DNA from: Octopus bimaculoides
Lineage: Eukaryota
DNA length: 64,000 nucleotides
Assembly (NCBI RefSeq): GCF_001194135.2
Contig: NC_068989.1
Coordinates: 15,544,475 to 15,608,474, forward strand
Direction of reading: 5' to 3'
Shown in pieces: positions 39,140 through 51,549 of this stretch. Numbering within the stretch: the first letter of the stretch is position 1; every line of letters begins with the position of its first letter. The notes beneath the pieces were generated by a model that ran no database searches, was not told the DNA's origin, and worked only from the letters and a program-made list of their open reading frames with translations. The position numbers and the translations under genes were made by a program.

Positions 39140-39702
39140 ACCAAACGTTATACAATTTCTAATTTTGGCAGAAGACCAACAATTTAGCGAGTAAGGGGTT
39201 TGGTCAAGTACTGGTGTTAGTGCCAGTGACCCAAGTACTTGACTGATATTATATTTTATCGACTTCGGTGGGATGAAAGGCAAAGTTGCTCACAGCAGGA
39301 TTTGAACAGAATCGGAATAAATATTCTTTTCTACTCTAAGCACAAGGTCCGAAATTTTGGGAGATAGGGCCAGTCGATTAGATCGACCCCAGCACGCAAC
39401 TGGTACTTAATATTTCGACGCTGAAAGGATGAAAGGCAAAGTCGACCTCGGCGGAATTTGAACTCAGAACGTAAAGACAGACGAAATACCGCTAAGCGTT
39501 TCAGCCATCGTGCTAACGTTTCTTATTTCTTTATTGCCCACAAGGGGCTAAACATAGAGGGGGCAAACAAGGACAACAGGATTAAGTCGATTACATGGAC
39601 CCCGGTGCGTAACTGGTACTTAATTTATCGACCCCGAAAGGATGAAAAGCAAAGTCGACCTCGGCGGAATTTGAACTCAGAACGTAACGGCAGACGAAAC
39701 AC
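39140..39702 (-). mobile_element. Three head-to-tail SINE F2 copies (tail types i and ii)
   Basis: Repeated gatgaaaggcaaagtcgacctcggcggaatttgaactcagaac. Confidence 0.85.
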
Positions 39703-39929
39703 NNNNNNNNNNNNNNNNNNNNNNNNNNNNNNNNNNNNNNNNNNNNNNNNNNNNNNNNNNNNNNNNNNNNNNNNNNNNNNNNNNNNNNNNNNNNNNNNNN
39801 NNNNNNNNNNNNNNNNNNNNNNNNNNNNNNNNNNNNNNNNNNNNNNNNNNNNNNNNNNNNNNNNNNNNNNNNNNNNNNNNNNNNNNNNNNNNNNNNNNNN
39901 NNNNNNNNNNNNNNNNNCGGATGAGTAAA

Positions 39930-40360
39930 TACTGGTTGTCCCACAATTAATGGTAATTTGAGTGAAATCGGATGCATTTTTAAAAAAACTCACTTTTATT
40001 TATGTTTATAATTTTATTTTCATTCCTGTCCACGACAGCTTTTTTTCAATTTGGCAGCAATCATTTTTTTTTACCTCCACCCACAAGATGGAGCAATCGT
40101 TTAACTGAGCTTAAAGAGCACATTCAGTTAGCAGTTAGCAGTGCAGGGGCTAACTCCTGAAATGCTTCAAAATGTGTTTCACAACGCTAAGGAGAGATTT
40201 GAAGTATGCAAGGATACAGACATGTTGAAAATTTTCAATAAAAGTTTGTTGGAAGATTTATAAATCTATTTACTTTGGTGATAAACATAAAATTCTGTCA
40301 GTTTATTAATAATTTACTCAATTTCATTGAAACAGATAGTTAATTCTGAAACACCCTGTA
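39930..40360 (+). mobile_element. Internally deleted Tc1/mariner element
   Basis: Degenerate TIRs tactggttgtcccacaattaa / ttaattctgaaacaccctgta; internal ELKEHIQ...TPEMLQNVF...RFEVC transposase C-terminus. Confidence 0.7.
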
Positions 40361-40968
40361 TGGTGTAGCGTTGTTAGTTGCGGCGTGGCTCGAGTAAATA
40401 TTAAAATCAAAGGGCTTCTGGTCGTTAACATCTCGTCTCTTTGTTAAGCATATTGTATCAAGGAATATATTATCCAAAATGTATCTCTCCTTTATAGGCG
40501 TGGCTGTGTGGTTGAGAAGCTTGCTTTCCAGCCCCTCGCCTTGGGTTCAGTCCCACTGTGCGGCAGTTTGGCAATTCTCTTTCAGTACAGCTTCGTACCG
40601 ACCAAAGGCTTGTGTATTATATAACTGCCATTACTGTATTAATTATATAAAATAACACATGCAACTCACTTATTGCCATATAATAAACAAACAGAAGTTC
40701 GTGTATGAAATTGACCTTTTTCTACTTCAATTATTACACGTTTCTTCTTATAAAATACACACATACAGGAGGAGTAAATCTATCTATATATAATAACACT
40801 TTGAATGTGGTTGCCGAGAAAGAGTAAAGGTAATTACCCAATCAATGATGGGTATTACTATTAGTATATGTCTATAAATGGGTCATGTTTTTCGTTGTCT
40901 TTTTAGTTAATCCTGAAAGTATTTATGTAACGCACGCACTCCATAATTTTTTACATACATACATACAT

Positions 40969-41026
<58 letters not shown>

Positions 41027-41299
41027 ATGCAATTGAAACAATTGTTGGATTTTTAAGGTGTGTTCTAAAATAAAGATATGATTTTCTTCCTACATATTAT
41101 TGGTTGTTAAATACTCTGAATTTCTTAAAATTCTACAAAGGGGTTGTTGGGTTTACCTGCCATACATCAGGATTTACCTGGGATTTGTATTCTACATACA
41201 TTTACTAGTATCTACTTGTTGGAAATTTAACCATATTCCTTTATACTGAGTGCTTACTTAATAGCTACCAGGATGTTTTAATCCCATTTTTCTGAAATA

Positions 41300-41542
41300 A
41301 AAAGGAAAGGCAAAGGCCAATACAGCTCGGCACCAGTGACGTCGCAACTTATTTCTACAATTGAGTGAACTGGAACAATGTGAAATAAAATGTCTTAAGA
41401 ACACAACACATAACCTAGTCCGGGAATCGAACTCACAACCCCATGATTGTGAGCCCGACGCTCTAGCCACTGAACCTTGCGTCTGGCGATTCTTCCATCT
41501 TCATAGATGATTATCGTCTCCTTGTGCTTCCTCCTCGACAAT
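41300..41542 (-). mobile_element. SINE F4 fused to an RTE 3' fragment (composite copy 1)
   Basis: Same junction and diagnostic variants as 43830-44075. Confidence 0.8.
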
Positions 41543-41552
41543 NNNNNNNNNN

Positions 41553-41608
<56 letters not shown>

Positions 41609-41619
41609 AACACATATAT

Positions 41620-42490
41620 ATTCTTTTATTTGTTTCAATCATTTGACTGCGGTCATGCTGAACACAGTCTTTAGTCGAACAAGTCGACCCCAGAGCTTAT
41701 ACTATCAGTCTCTTCTGTCGAATCGCTAACTTACGGGGACGTAAACACACCAGCATCGGTTGTCAAGTGATTTTGATACAGACACACAAAACACACACAC
41801 ATNNNNNNNNNNNNNNNNNNNNNNNNNNNNNNNNNNNNNNNNNNNNNNNNNNNNNNNNNNNNNNNNNNNNNNNNNNNNNNNNNNNNNNNNNNNNNNNNNN
41901 NNNNNNNNNNNNNNNNNNNNNNNNNNNNNNNNNNNNNNNNNNNNNNNNNNNNNNNNNNNNNNNNNNNNNNNNNNNNNNNNNNNNNNNNNNNNNNNNNNNN
42001 NNNNNNNNNNNNNNNNNNNNNNNNNNNNNNNNNNNNNNNNNNNNNNNNNNNNNNNNNNNNNNNNNNNNNNNNNNNNNNNNNNNNNNNNNNNNNNNNNNNN
42101 NNNNNNNNNNNNNNNNNNNNNNNNNNNNNNNNNNNNNNNNNNNNNNNNNNNNNNNNNNNNNNNNNNNNNNNNNNNNNNNNNNNNNNNNNNNNNNNNNNNN
42201 NNNNNNNNNNNNNNNNNNNNNNNNNNNNNNNNNNNNNNNNNNNNNNNNNNNNNNNNNNNNNNNNNNNNNNNNNNNNNNNNNNNNNNNNNNNNNNNNNNNN
42301 NNNNNNNNNNNNNAAGAACCAAGGTTCATGAACTCATCGATGAAAATCTACTGTCACATACACACTCAAAAAGCTTTGGTCAGCCCGAAGCTATAGAAGA
42401 CACTTGCTCAAGGTGCCACCCAGCGAGACTGAACCCGGAACCATGTAGTTAGTAAACAAGCTACTTACCACACATCCACACCTGCGCCTA
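41620..42490 (-). mobile_element. SINE F1 split by a gap at its internal microsatellite
   Basis: 3' module 41620-41800, 5' module about 42340-42490. Confidence 0.75.
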
Positions 42491-43389
42491 TGTTCACATC
42501 TACAGGTAATAAATATGTTTTTACAAAAGTTGCGAGATAAAATTAAAATATTTGAAGAAAGATTTTCGAAAAAAAAAAAAATTATTAATTATATACAAAA
42601 AAAAAAAAATCTTAGAAAAGATACAAAAAGCAGAATGACAGGGACCTTTTGGAAGGAAGACGTAGATGAAACAACATTTAGAGTTAGAATCACAATCTGT
42701 GCATCACACTAAATACATACACACCTTTAGAAGGCATGATGCTGTGGAATTGTCTGAGATTAAATCTCTGCATTGACTTGTGTTACAAATACAATATATA
42801 GCGAAGGGAGAGGAACATCGTTGCTGTAATGGTTCACGCGAACGACAAACGCGTTTCGCCATTGTCGAGGCTTGTCAATACAGAGCACTCAATTGTCACC
42901 TGATTAAATGAAATCCGTGCTTCGATATATAGGAATAAACTTTCACTAGAACTGCAGAAGACTGGCGGTCTCTAGAAACAGTATTAAATGAAAAAAAAAT
43001 TGTTATTTTTGTCTCCTTTTAAATATTTTCAGACCATCTCTGTGTAATATTAAGTGTATACATCGAAGCACGAATTTCGTTTAAGCAGGTGGCAATCGAG
43101 TGCACAGTACTGACTAGCTCCAATAAAATTGACTGCGTCTGTCGTTCTCGTAAATATCGGCAGTGACGATGTTTTACTTCTCTTCGATATAAATTGTGAT
43201 TTTAACACAACTGCATGAAAAGAGTTTAAATCAGACAATTCCATAGCATCATGCCTTCAAACGATGTATATGCACGCACAGGTACATATATCCATGTCCA
43301 TATATATGTATGCATATGTACATACACATATATGTATAAACGGCGGTGCATCAGCATGGCCGCAGCTCTGAGCTGAAACTATAAAAAAA

Positions 43390-43471
43390 ATACACATATA
43401 TATGTATACATACACACACACACATTTATATATATACATATATATACACATATATATATATATACACACAT

Positions 43472-43526
<55 letters not shown>

Positions 43527-43530
43527 TATG

Positions 43531-43575
<45 letters not shown>

Positions 43576-43599
43576 GTATATATATATATACACACATAC

Positions 43600-43676
<77 letters not shown>

Positions 43677-43697
43677 TTCGTATGTGTATATATATAT
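43390..43697. repeat. Compound (TA)/(CA) microsatellite
   Basis: Alternating tata and caca runs. Confidence 0.9.
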
Positions 43698-44230
43698 ATG
43701 CCCTCTTTGGTCATGAATGACCATGGGATTGCACCTAGAAAGTTTCCTCTCCGAGACACAAGTCTGGACAAAGTTTTTTGCGGAAGACCATGCATACCAG
43801 CCTCCCTCTCCATGCTACCGATGTTATCCAAAGGAAAGACAAAAGGCCAATACAGCTTGGCACTAGTGACGTCGCAACTCATTTCTACAACTGAGTGAAC
43901 TGGAACAATATGAAATAAAATGTCTTCAGAACATAACACACAGCCCAGTCCGGGAATCGAACTCACAACCCCATGATTGTGAGCTCGGCGCTCTAACCAC
44001 TGAGCCATGCGCCTGGTGATTGTTCTATCTTCATAGATGATAACCGTCTCCTTGTGCTTCCTCATCGACAATGGCATGACATTTCTGATTTTCTGTCCAT
44101 GACATCTCAGATGACGATTCAGTTCCATTCGAGATCTGCATTCTTTGGAGAATAGGTGACTGACAAAGCTGTAACTTACTGTGCAATTCCACCTGCTTGG
44201 GTCTGCACATGCAGCCACTTTTCCATTGCC
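43698..44230 (-). mobile_element. SINE F4 (43698-44012) fused to an RTE ORF C-terminal fragment (composite copy 2)
   Basis: SINE head gcgcatggctcagtggttagagc...gagttcgattccc; upstream reads FSKECRSRMELNRHLRCH (C2H2-like RTE C-terminus). Confidence 0.8.
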
Positions 44231-44600
44231 AAAGGACTTTCAGTAGATGGAATGACGAATAAGGTAATAAAGAGACATCCGTACGTCATTAGATTATAAT
44301 TATAAAGCTTTACTACATGAGCACCATTCTTTGGGGTTCCGTGGTTAGTACCTGGTGACAGACCGGATACTGACGATCACAAATCATATGAAACCACAGG
44401 TCTTGCCATCAGAGTGTCCCTCTCCTAGAAGGATGCTGTGACAACAGCTTGCCCCCCCCCTCAGTCCCAGGAGTTTTATTCCGTGTCGTCACACCAACTA
44501 AGGGTATTTCTGTGTCCCCGCGTACGGATGGATTGTCATTGCACATATTAGTTAGCCCGTAGATTGGATCCTGAAAAGCGCTACTTCTCCGGGTTAGAGT

Positions 44601-44939
44601 CGGAGACCCCCTTCGGTAATGAATGACCATGGGATTGCACTTAGAAAGTTACCCTCCGAGAAACAAGGCCGAGCAAGGTTGTTAATGGAAAGCCAGCAGT
44701 CGCCCACGCATACCGGTCTCCCCTCTCCACACCACTGATGTTATCCAAGGGAAAGGCAAAGGGGCCGATACTGCTTGGCACCAGTGATGTCGCAACTCCT
44801 TTCTTCAGCTGAGTGAACTGGAGTAACGTGAAATAAAGTGTCTTGCTCAAGAACACAACACTCAGCCCTGTCCGGGAATCGAACTCACAACCTCACGATT
44901 GTAAGCTCGACGCTCTAACCACTGAGCCATGCGCCTTCA
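44601..44939 (-). mobile_element. SINE F4, full length with 12-bp TSD
   Basis: TSD ccgggttagagt at 44589-44600 and 44940-44951. Confidence 0.93.
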
Positions 44940-45726
44940 CCGGGTTAGAGTAGACTTGGGGAAAAATAGTGGCTAAGTGGTGGTTCCNNNNNNNNNNNNN
45001 NNNNNNNNNNNNNNNNNNNNNNNNNNNNNNNNNNNNNNNNNNNNNNNNNNNNNNNNNNNNNNNNNNNNNNNNNNNNNNNNNNNNNNNNNNNNNNNNNNNN
45101 NNNNNNNNNNNNNNNNNNNNNNNNNNNNNNNNNNNACACACACACACACACAAAAACACACAATGATATTGGTAGTCTCTCGCTTCCTAGAAAGACAGTC
45201 CTGCAATGTTTTTGCAGAAGAACCTGCGCAAATGATTTTGTTTATAGTGATCAAATATTTTTGCTATATCTTAGCTCACTCCCTCCATCAAATCGATCTG
45301 GTCCGAACAGGCGCATGGTGTACAACATATCAGGCATCGAGGTGATCGCAAAGCCGCGCGAGATGAAATGCTTTGCTTAAAAACACAACTCACCGCCCAG
45401 TCCATGCATTGGAACCACGATCACGTTATCGTGAATGCAATAACCAGACCAATAGGCCATTAAACGCATATATTTACGTATAATAAACAAAAACACGAGA
45501 GATTGTTTATATGATATTTAGTAAATCAAGTATCATACAATCAGTCTCTCATGTTTTATTTATTTCCTTCAATGTACTCTGTGGCATAATCAGTCTAACT
45601 CTATATTCATACCGAAATGATTAGGTTACAATAACATGGACTGAAATACGCATGGCGTTCAAAATACTAGCTCATTACTATGTAATTCAAGATTTAAATT
45701 GCACTTTGTGTCTCTGTGCATGTGCA

Positions 45727-45788
<62 letters not shown>

Positions 45789-45929
45789 AATAAGTGCCAG
45801 TTGTGCCCTGGGGTCGATGAAATCGAATAACTCCGTACCCCGAAATCGCTGGCTTTCTGCTAAAAAAAAACTGAAACACACACACACGCACAGATATATC
45901 TATATACTCACACACATTTGTTCTTGTAG

Positions 45930-46303
45930 TTGTCTCAACCATTGGACTATGGTTTTTAATCGAGCAAATAGAGCTCAGAACATTTATATTTGGTAAAGTC
46001 TCGTGCTTATTCTGTCTCTTCAGCTGAAGACTACTAATGTTACGGGAACGTAAACAAATCAACACCGGTTACGAAGGGGTGTATGGGGACAAACACAGAC
46101 AGAAACATGCATATGTAAATATATTTGTATGTACGATGGTCGTCCACACAGTTTCCACCTAACAAATATACTCACAAGACATTGGCCGGCCGGGGCTTAT
46201 TATAGAAAACACCCAAGGTACCGTGCAGTACAGTGGCTTTGAACCTGAAACCACATGGTTGCAAAGTGGAACGAGTTTTGTAACCACACAGCCATGCCTG
46301 CGC
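45930..46303 (-). mobile_element. SINE F1, degenerate
   Basis: Colinear with F1 consensus. Confidence 0.7.
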
Positions 46304-46350
<47 letters not shown>

Positions 46351-46677
46351 GTTTGTACTCTGTAAGCTTGATCTATTAATATATAGATATCTATATATTT
46401 ATATTAAATATTCAGCGCCAGAAAGTCTGCAGTCTTTACTTTCTTTCTGTTTACATGTGTGCATACATTATATATATATTGTACATCAACCCCAAGCTGT
46501 CTTATTTAATTTGTTTATCCGCATAATTGCCTCCATATCTTCTTACCTGGATTCCTCTTCTAGCCATTGTGTAACCCTCGGAATTTGTCCCTCGTAGTGA
46601 CTTCGGTGTCTTAAGTTCGAATGATTTGAGCGCTACTGTTTTCTATACCGAGAATCTCTGATCTCATCCGTTGACTA

Positions 46678-46713
<36 letters not shown>

Positions 46714-46733
46714 GCGTGTGTGTGGGTCAAGGG

Positions 46734-47107
46734 TGTTGTTGGCACTCCGTCGCTTACGACGTCGAGGGTTCTAGTTGATACGATCAACGGAACAGCCTGC
46801 TCATGAAGTTAACGTGCAAGTGGATGAGCACTCCACAGACACGTGTACCCTTAACGTAGTTCTGGGGGATATTCAGTGTGACAAGGCTGACCCTTTGAAT
46901 TACAGGCACAACAGAAACAGGAAGTGAGAGTGAGAGAAAGTTGTGGTGGAAGAGTACAGCAAGGTTCGCCACCATCCCCTGCCGGAGCCTCGACGAGCTT
47001 TAGGTGTTTTCGCTCATAAACACTCACAACGCCCGGTCTGGGAATCGAAACTGCGACCCTATGACCGAGAGTCCACTGCCCTAACCACTAGGCCATTGCG
47101 CCTCCAC
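46734..47107 (-). mobile_element. SINE F3, full length
   Basis: Near-identical to 22467-22855 in reverse. Confidence 0.92.
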
Positions 47108-47454
47108 TGGGTCGAGAGTAGGTCAGGCAAATTTAATGAACGTTGGCGTATATAACTTTCTCATACATCACGACATGCACGCAGGCATGCAAGTGCCAAC
47201 GCTGCCAAGTCTCTTGGTCTGGCGTTCCTTAATACAATGTATAGTCAATATATAGTCGATTTTATCAGACGGGTTGCTAGACCAGTTTTTATTTTATAGA
47301 CCTCAGAATGGTTAGAAGTAAAATCAACTTCGGCTAGATCGAAGCAAATCGAAGCAAATAGAAGCAAATATTATTTTAACCTTTTAGTCAGGGAGGATGT
47401 GTTTGATATGCAAGGATTTTTACAAAGCAAACCTTGTGTAGTTTACCTTTTCCT

Positions 47455-48080
47455 CTTTTACTTGTTTTAGTCACAGATCTGCAGCCATGCTGGAGCACTG
47501 CTTTTAGTTGAAAAGGTCGACCTTAGTACTTATGTTTTTCTTTTAAATCTGGTACTTATTCTATTGGTGTCTTTTTCTGAACTGCTCAGTTACGGGGACG
47601 GTCGTCAACTGTTGTGTTGTGTGACGAACACAAAAGCTAAGACACTCATATCTAGCTAAATTTGCCCTGTTTATATATCTGCTATATATGGTATGTACCA
47701 CTTATGGGATGTAAATTAATAGCTCCAGTTTTCTGTAGCTACTGGATTTGTTGAGTATATAAACGGATTAGTAACTTGTCTCTCTGGGACTAATTAAAGT
47801 GATATATAGATACATCTGATGAGAAGCCAATAGATTTCGATAATCGATTTCATTTCTCTTTTTAATCTTCAGGGAAAGATCTAAATATTCTCTGTTTATA
47901 TATCTACTATACAGGTTACGACAGGCTTTTTCAGTTTCCATCTACCAAATTCATTCACAAGGCACTGGTCGGCTCAGGGCTATAGTACAAGACACTTGCC
48001 CAAGATGCCGCGCAGTGGGGCTGAACCCCAAACCCTGCGGTTGCAAAGTAAGCTTCTTACGTATACAGTCATGCCTGTGC
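47455..48080 (-). mobile_element. SINE F1 with unrelated sequence between its modules
   Basis: 3' module about 47455-47640, 5' module about 47920-48080. Confidence 0.7.
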
Positions 48081-48117
48081 CATAAAATAATCAGGCTGTA
48101 GTATAGTTACTTTGAAT

Positions 48118-48446
48118 AAGTAGTTCTCAACCGGGTTCCATATCAGCCCCGGGGTTCCATATAAGAGTTTTAGGAGTCCGTGCATGCAAAATAGTAGATT
48201 GGAAATCCACAAGGAGTATTTTAAAGCTGAATGAAGATTTTGATTTAGAGATATTCGTTACACGAAACAACTAGATTTCTTTCTCTAATACCTAACATAG
48301 TTCAACCTACACGAGCAAAACAGTTATGAAAGAAGTATCAATAAGACTAATTTTTAAACATGAAATGACTATGGGGGTACACCAGAGTAAAATAATAATC
48401 AAAGTAAAATAATAATCAATACGTAAAATGTGGCTGAGGACCACTG
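48118..48446. mobile_element. hAT-like MITE
   Basis: 15-bp degenerate TIRs aagtagttctcaacc / ggctgaggaccactg (CAGTGGTTCTCAACC type); imperfect 8-bp TSD ctttgaat / atttaaat. Confidence 0.65.
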
Positions 48447-48600
48447 ATTTAAATGGATATACTTGTACTTTATTTAATCGATATTGGTATTATTTGAATT
48501 CAGAATCTAAAATGAACATAACTAAATGTTAGCTCTCTCCCGATTTTGCTATCCTACAATTTTAAAACAGGGTTTTCTTACAGTTCTATATTTAAGCGAT

Positions 48601-48743
48601 GAGGAATTATGTACATTATTTATATTTGATGCATATTTGTCCTCATCTTGTTTGTTGTTAACGTACGCCCACGGGCATACGGCGTAGTGGTTAAAAGCGC
48701 GGGCTACTAACCCCAAAATTCCGAGTTCGATTCCAGGCAGTAA

Positions 48744-48779
<36 letters not shown>

Positions 48780-48932
48780 CAACAACATCGAAAAATAACT
48801 TAGGAATGAGAACCCAGGTTCGAAATTTCCCCAAGACACCTGATGAAGGCTGCAGGGTATATCAGCCGATACGTTGTGTTAATAACAAACAAGATGAGGA
48901 CAAATATCCGTCAAATGTAAATAATGTAAATA
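48601..48932 (+). mobile_element. tRNA-headed, hammerhead-containing element with inverted copy of its 3' tail
   Basis: A-box cggcgtagtgg (48680), B-box gagttcgattcc (48723), (AAT)n, hammerhead fold 48835-48880; 48601-48661 is the reverse complement of 48879-48932. Confidence 0.7.
48835..48880 (+). ncRNA. Minimal type I hammerhead ribozyme fold (core mutation in this copy)
   Basis: gacac-CTGATGA-a-GGCTG(cagggtatat)CAGCC-GATA(for GAAA)-C-GTT-gtgtt; helix I gacac/gtgtt, helix II 5 bp. Confidence 0.65.
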
Positions 48933-49479
48933 AAGGTTTTCTTACTTAGATACAAAACTACCCACCACACCTAGTGGAATTGTTAATTTAATCGCTAAAG
49001 TTATGTTTATTTTAACGAATATAAAAGGATGAAGGAATGTTATTTAAACGGGATTCGAACTTAGAACATAAAGCGAAGCAGCTAATGCACAGCGTTTTCT
49101 TCGGTGCTCATTATACTACCCGCTATATATATGATTTGTGTTTTTTTTTTGTTTTTTTTTTACGTAGAACCAACACCTGAAAAAATGAGAAATAGTGATA
49201 TAATCGATCTATTCAATAATCATTTGACTGGTACTTAATTCATCGAATTTGGAGGTCTACAGGACCACACAATTGTGACGAAGGGTATAATCGATTAAAT
49301 CGATTGTGCAGACCAACGATCTAGTCGACCGCATGAATATTATGTAATTTATCAAAAACAACGGGGATGTCAAAAAGGACTTGTGCAAAATTCAAATTCA
49401 GAATGTAAAGCGACGTTGACTAAATACGACAAAAGTACCTTGCTGTACCCGTTCTAAGTACCAAGCAATAACACCTTAC

Positions 49480-50825
49480 AATAATTTCGAATTTTGGCAC
49501 AAGGCCAGCAATTTTTGAGGAATGGGCGAGTCGATGTAATCGACCCTTGTGTTCTACTGGTACTATTTTATCGGTCCTGAGGGATGAAAGGCAAAATCGT
49601 CTTAGGCGGAATTTGAACTCAGTACGTTAAGTCTGATGCACTGACGATTATGCCAGCTCACCACCTTAATGATAACGCTCAGGCACAGATACTAATATTT
49701 TGGGGAGGGCGCTAGTCGAGTATATGAACCAGGTTGCTCAATTGATACTTTATTTTATCGATCCCCAAATGAAGAAAAGCAAGGTCTACTCTCATGGAAT
49801 TTGAATTTAGAACGTAAAATCGGAAGAAATGTTCCTAAGCTTTTTGTGTAACATGTTATTGATTCGGCCAGTTTGCCTCCTTAAAAACAATTATAATTCC
49901 TTCTGTTATTAGCACAAAGCAAAAGGCGGCGAGCTAGCAGAATCGTTAAGAAACTAAGCGACATGTTTAGCGGTAATTCGTCTGCTGCCACGCACCGAGT
50001 TCAAATTCATCCTTTCTGGGTCGATGAAATAAGTACCAGTTGCACACGAGGGGTCGATGAAATCGACTAGCCCCCGTCCCCGAAAAGATCTTCAAGGCTT
50101 TGTGCCTAGAGTAGAAATAATTTTAGCACAAAGCCAACAATTATGGGAGAAAGGGCTAGTTAATCACCCCCGCCCCAGATCCTAGTGCTCAGCTGACACT
50201 TATTTCATCGAGGCCGAAAGCATGAAAGGCAAAATCGACCTCGGTGGAATTTGAACTCGAGACATAAAATCGGAAGAAATGACGCTACGCTTTTTTGTGT
50301 GATACGCTATCGACTCTGCCAGCTCACCACCTTAAAATCAATAATAAGACCTTCTGAAATAAGCATACCACCAGAAATTAAACGCATAGAAAACAGTAGG
50401 TTATTTCGACTCAGTTACATGAGTGTTACTTTCTGTTACCGACCTCAAATAGATTTGAACTCAAAATGTAAAGAACTGGAACAAAAACGGCAAGGTCTTC
50501 TGTCTGACGCTCTAAGGATTTTATCAGTCGACCTCCTTATATAACATTTTTAATGCGGAAACAAACGCAAAAATCTTTTAGGTAATATTGTCCCCAGTAC
50601 TAAGGCTGAGAGATGGCAGAATCGTTAGCACGCCGGGCGAAATGCTTAGCAGTATTTAGTCTGTCTTTACGTTCTGAGTTCAAATTCTGCCGAGGTCGAC
50701 TTGCCTTTCATCCTTTCGGAGTTGATAAATTAAGTACCAGTTGCGTACCGGGGTCAATCTAATAAACTGTCCCCCCCTCTCCCCCAAAATTTCGGACCTT
50801 GTGCCTAGAATAGAAAAGAATATTG
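49480..50825. mobile_element. Cluster of at least five SINE F2 copies in both orientations
   Basis: About 49480-49670(-), 49690-49885(-), 49925-50125(+), 50125-50335(-), 50605-50825(+). Confidence 0.8.
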
Positions 50826-51549
50826 TCCCCAACACTTGACTAAAACTTTATTTTTACTTCTCACGGGACAATAAAAGGTTAAGTTAACCTAGAAGGGCAG
50901 ATGGGGATGTATGCGTTGGGCCTCATATGACACATTTACGGTGGGGGTGTGTGTGACAATTTTGGATCTGTTGTATAAGCCTGTATTGAAATAAAAGTGA
51001 TTTTAATATCGGAACACTACTGGGTAGATAGACAAACACAAGGGCTGCTCAGGGCGGCAAACACACTCGCTACACTACTGAGTTGACTGCGGTAAGATTC
51101 GAACTCAGAACATAAATAGCCAAAACAACGCTAGAAATTTGTCGGTGAGTGACCAGTTCTCCTCATCCTGCATTGTGATTTCCCAATTATTCGTAATTCG
51201 TTTTAATTATAACAGCTGTAGAAAAACACCAATGAAAATTGGGTGTGTAACAAAATTATAAGAGGAAAATTAGTTTAGGCTTGGCTGTGTACTTAAAAAA
51301 ATACTCGCTTTATAACCACGTAGTTTCGGGTTCATTCTTACTCTCCGGCACTTCGGATCACTTCTACAATAGCCACGGATCGACCGATACCTTGTGAGTA
51401 AATTAGTGACAATAGGTGGTAAGAAGCTTGCTTCTCAGACACACGATTCCGGATTTAGTCTCACTGCGTGGCAATTTAGTCAAGTGTCTTCTACTATAGC
51501 CTCGGGTCGACCAAAGCTTCGTGAGTGGATTTGGTAGACGGAAACTGAT

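Noticed and set aside
43379-44218. Longest gap-free ORF (279 aa)
   Set aside because: It runs through an RTE fragment, a SINE and a microsatellite; a chance open frame with no coherent domain.
47815-47855. CTGATGA...GATAATCGATT hammerhead-like string
   Set aside because: No helix I pairing and the GAAA is mutated.
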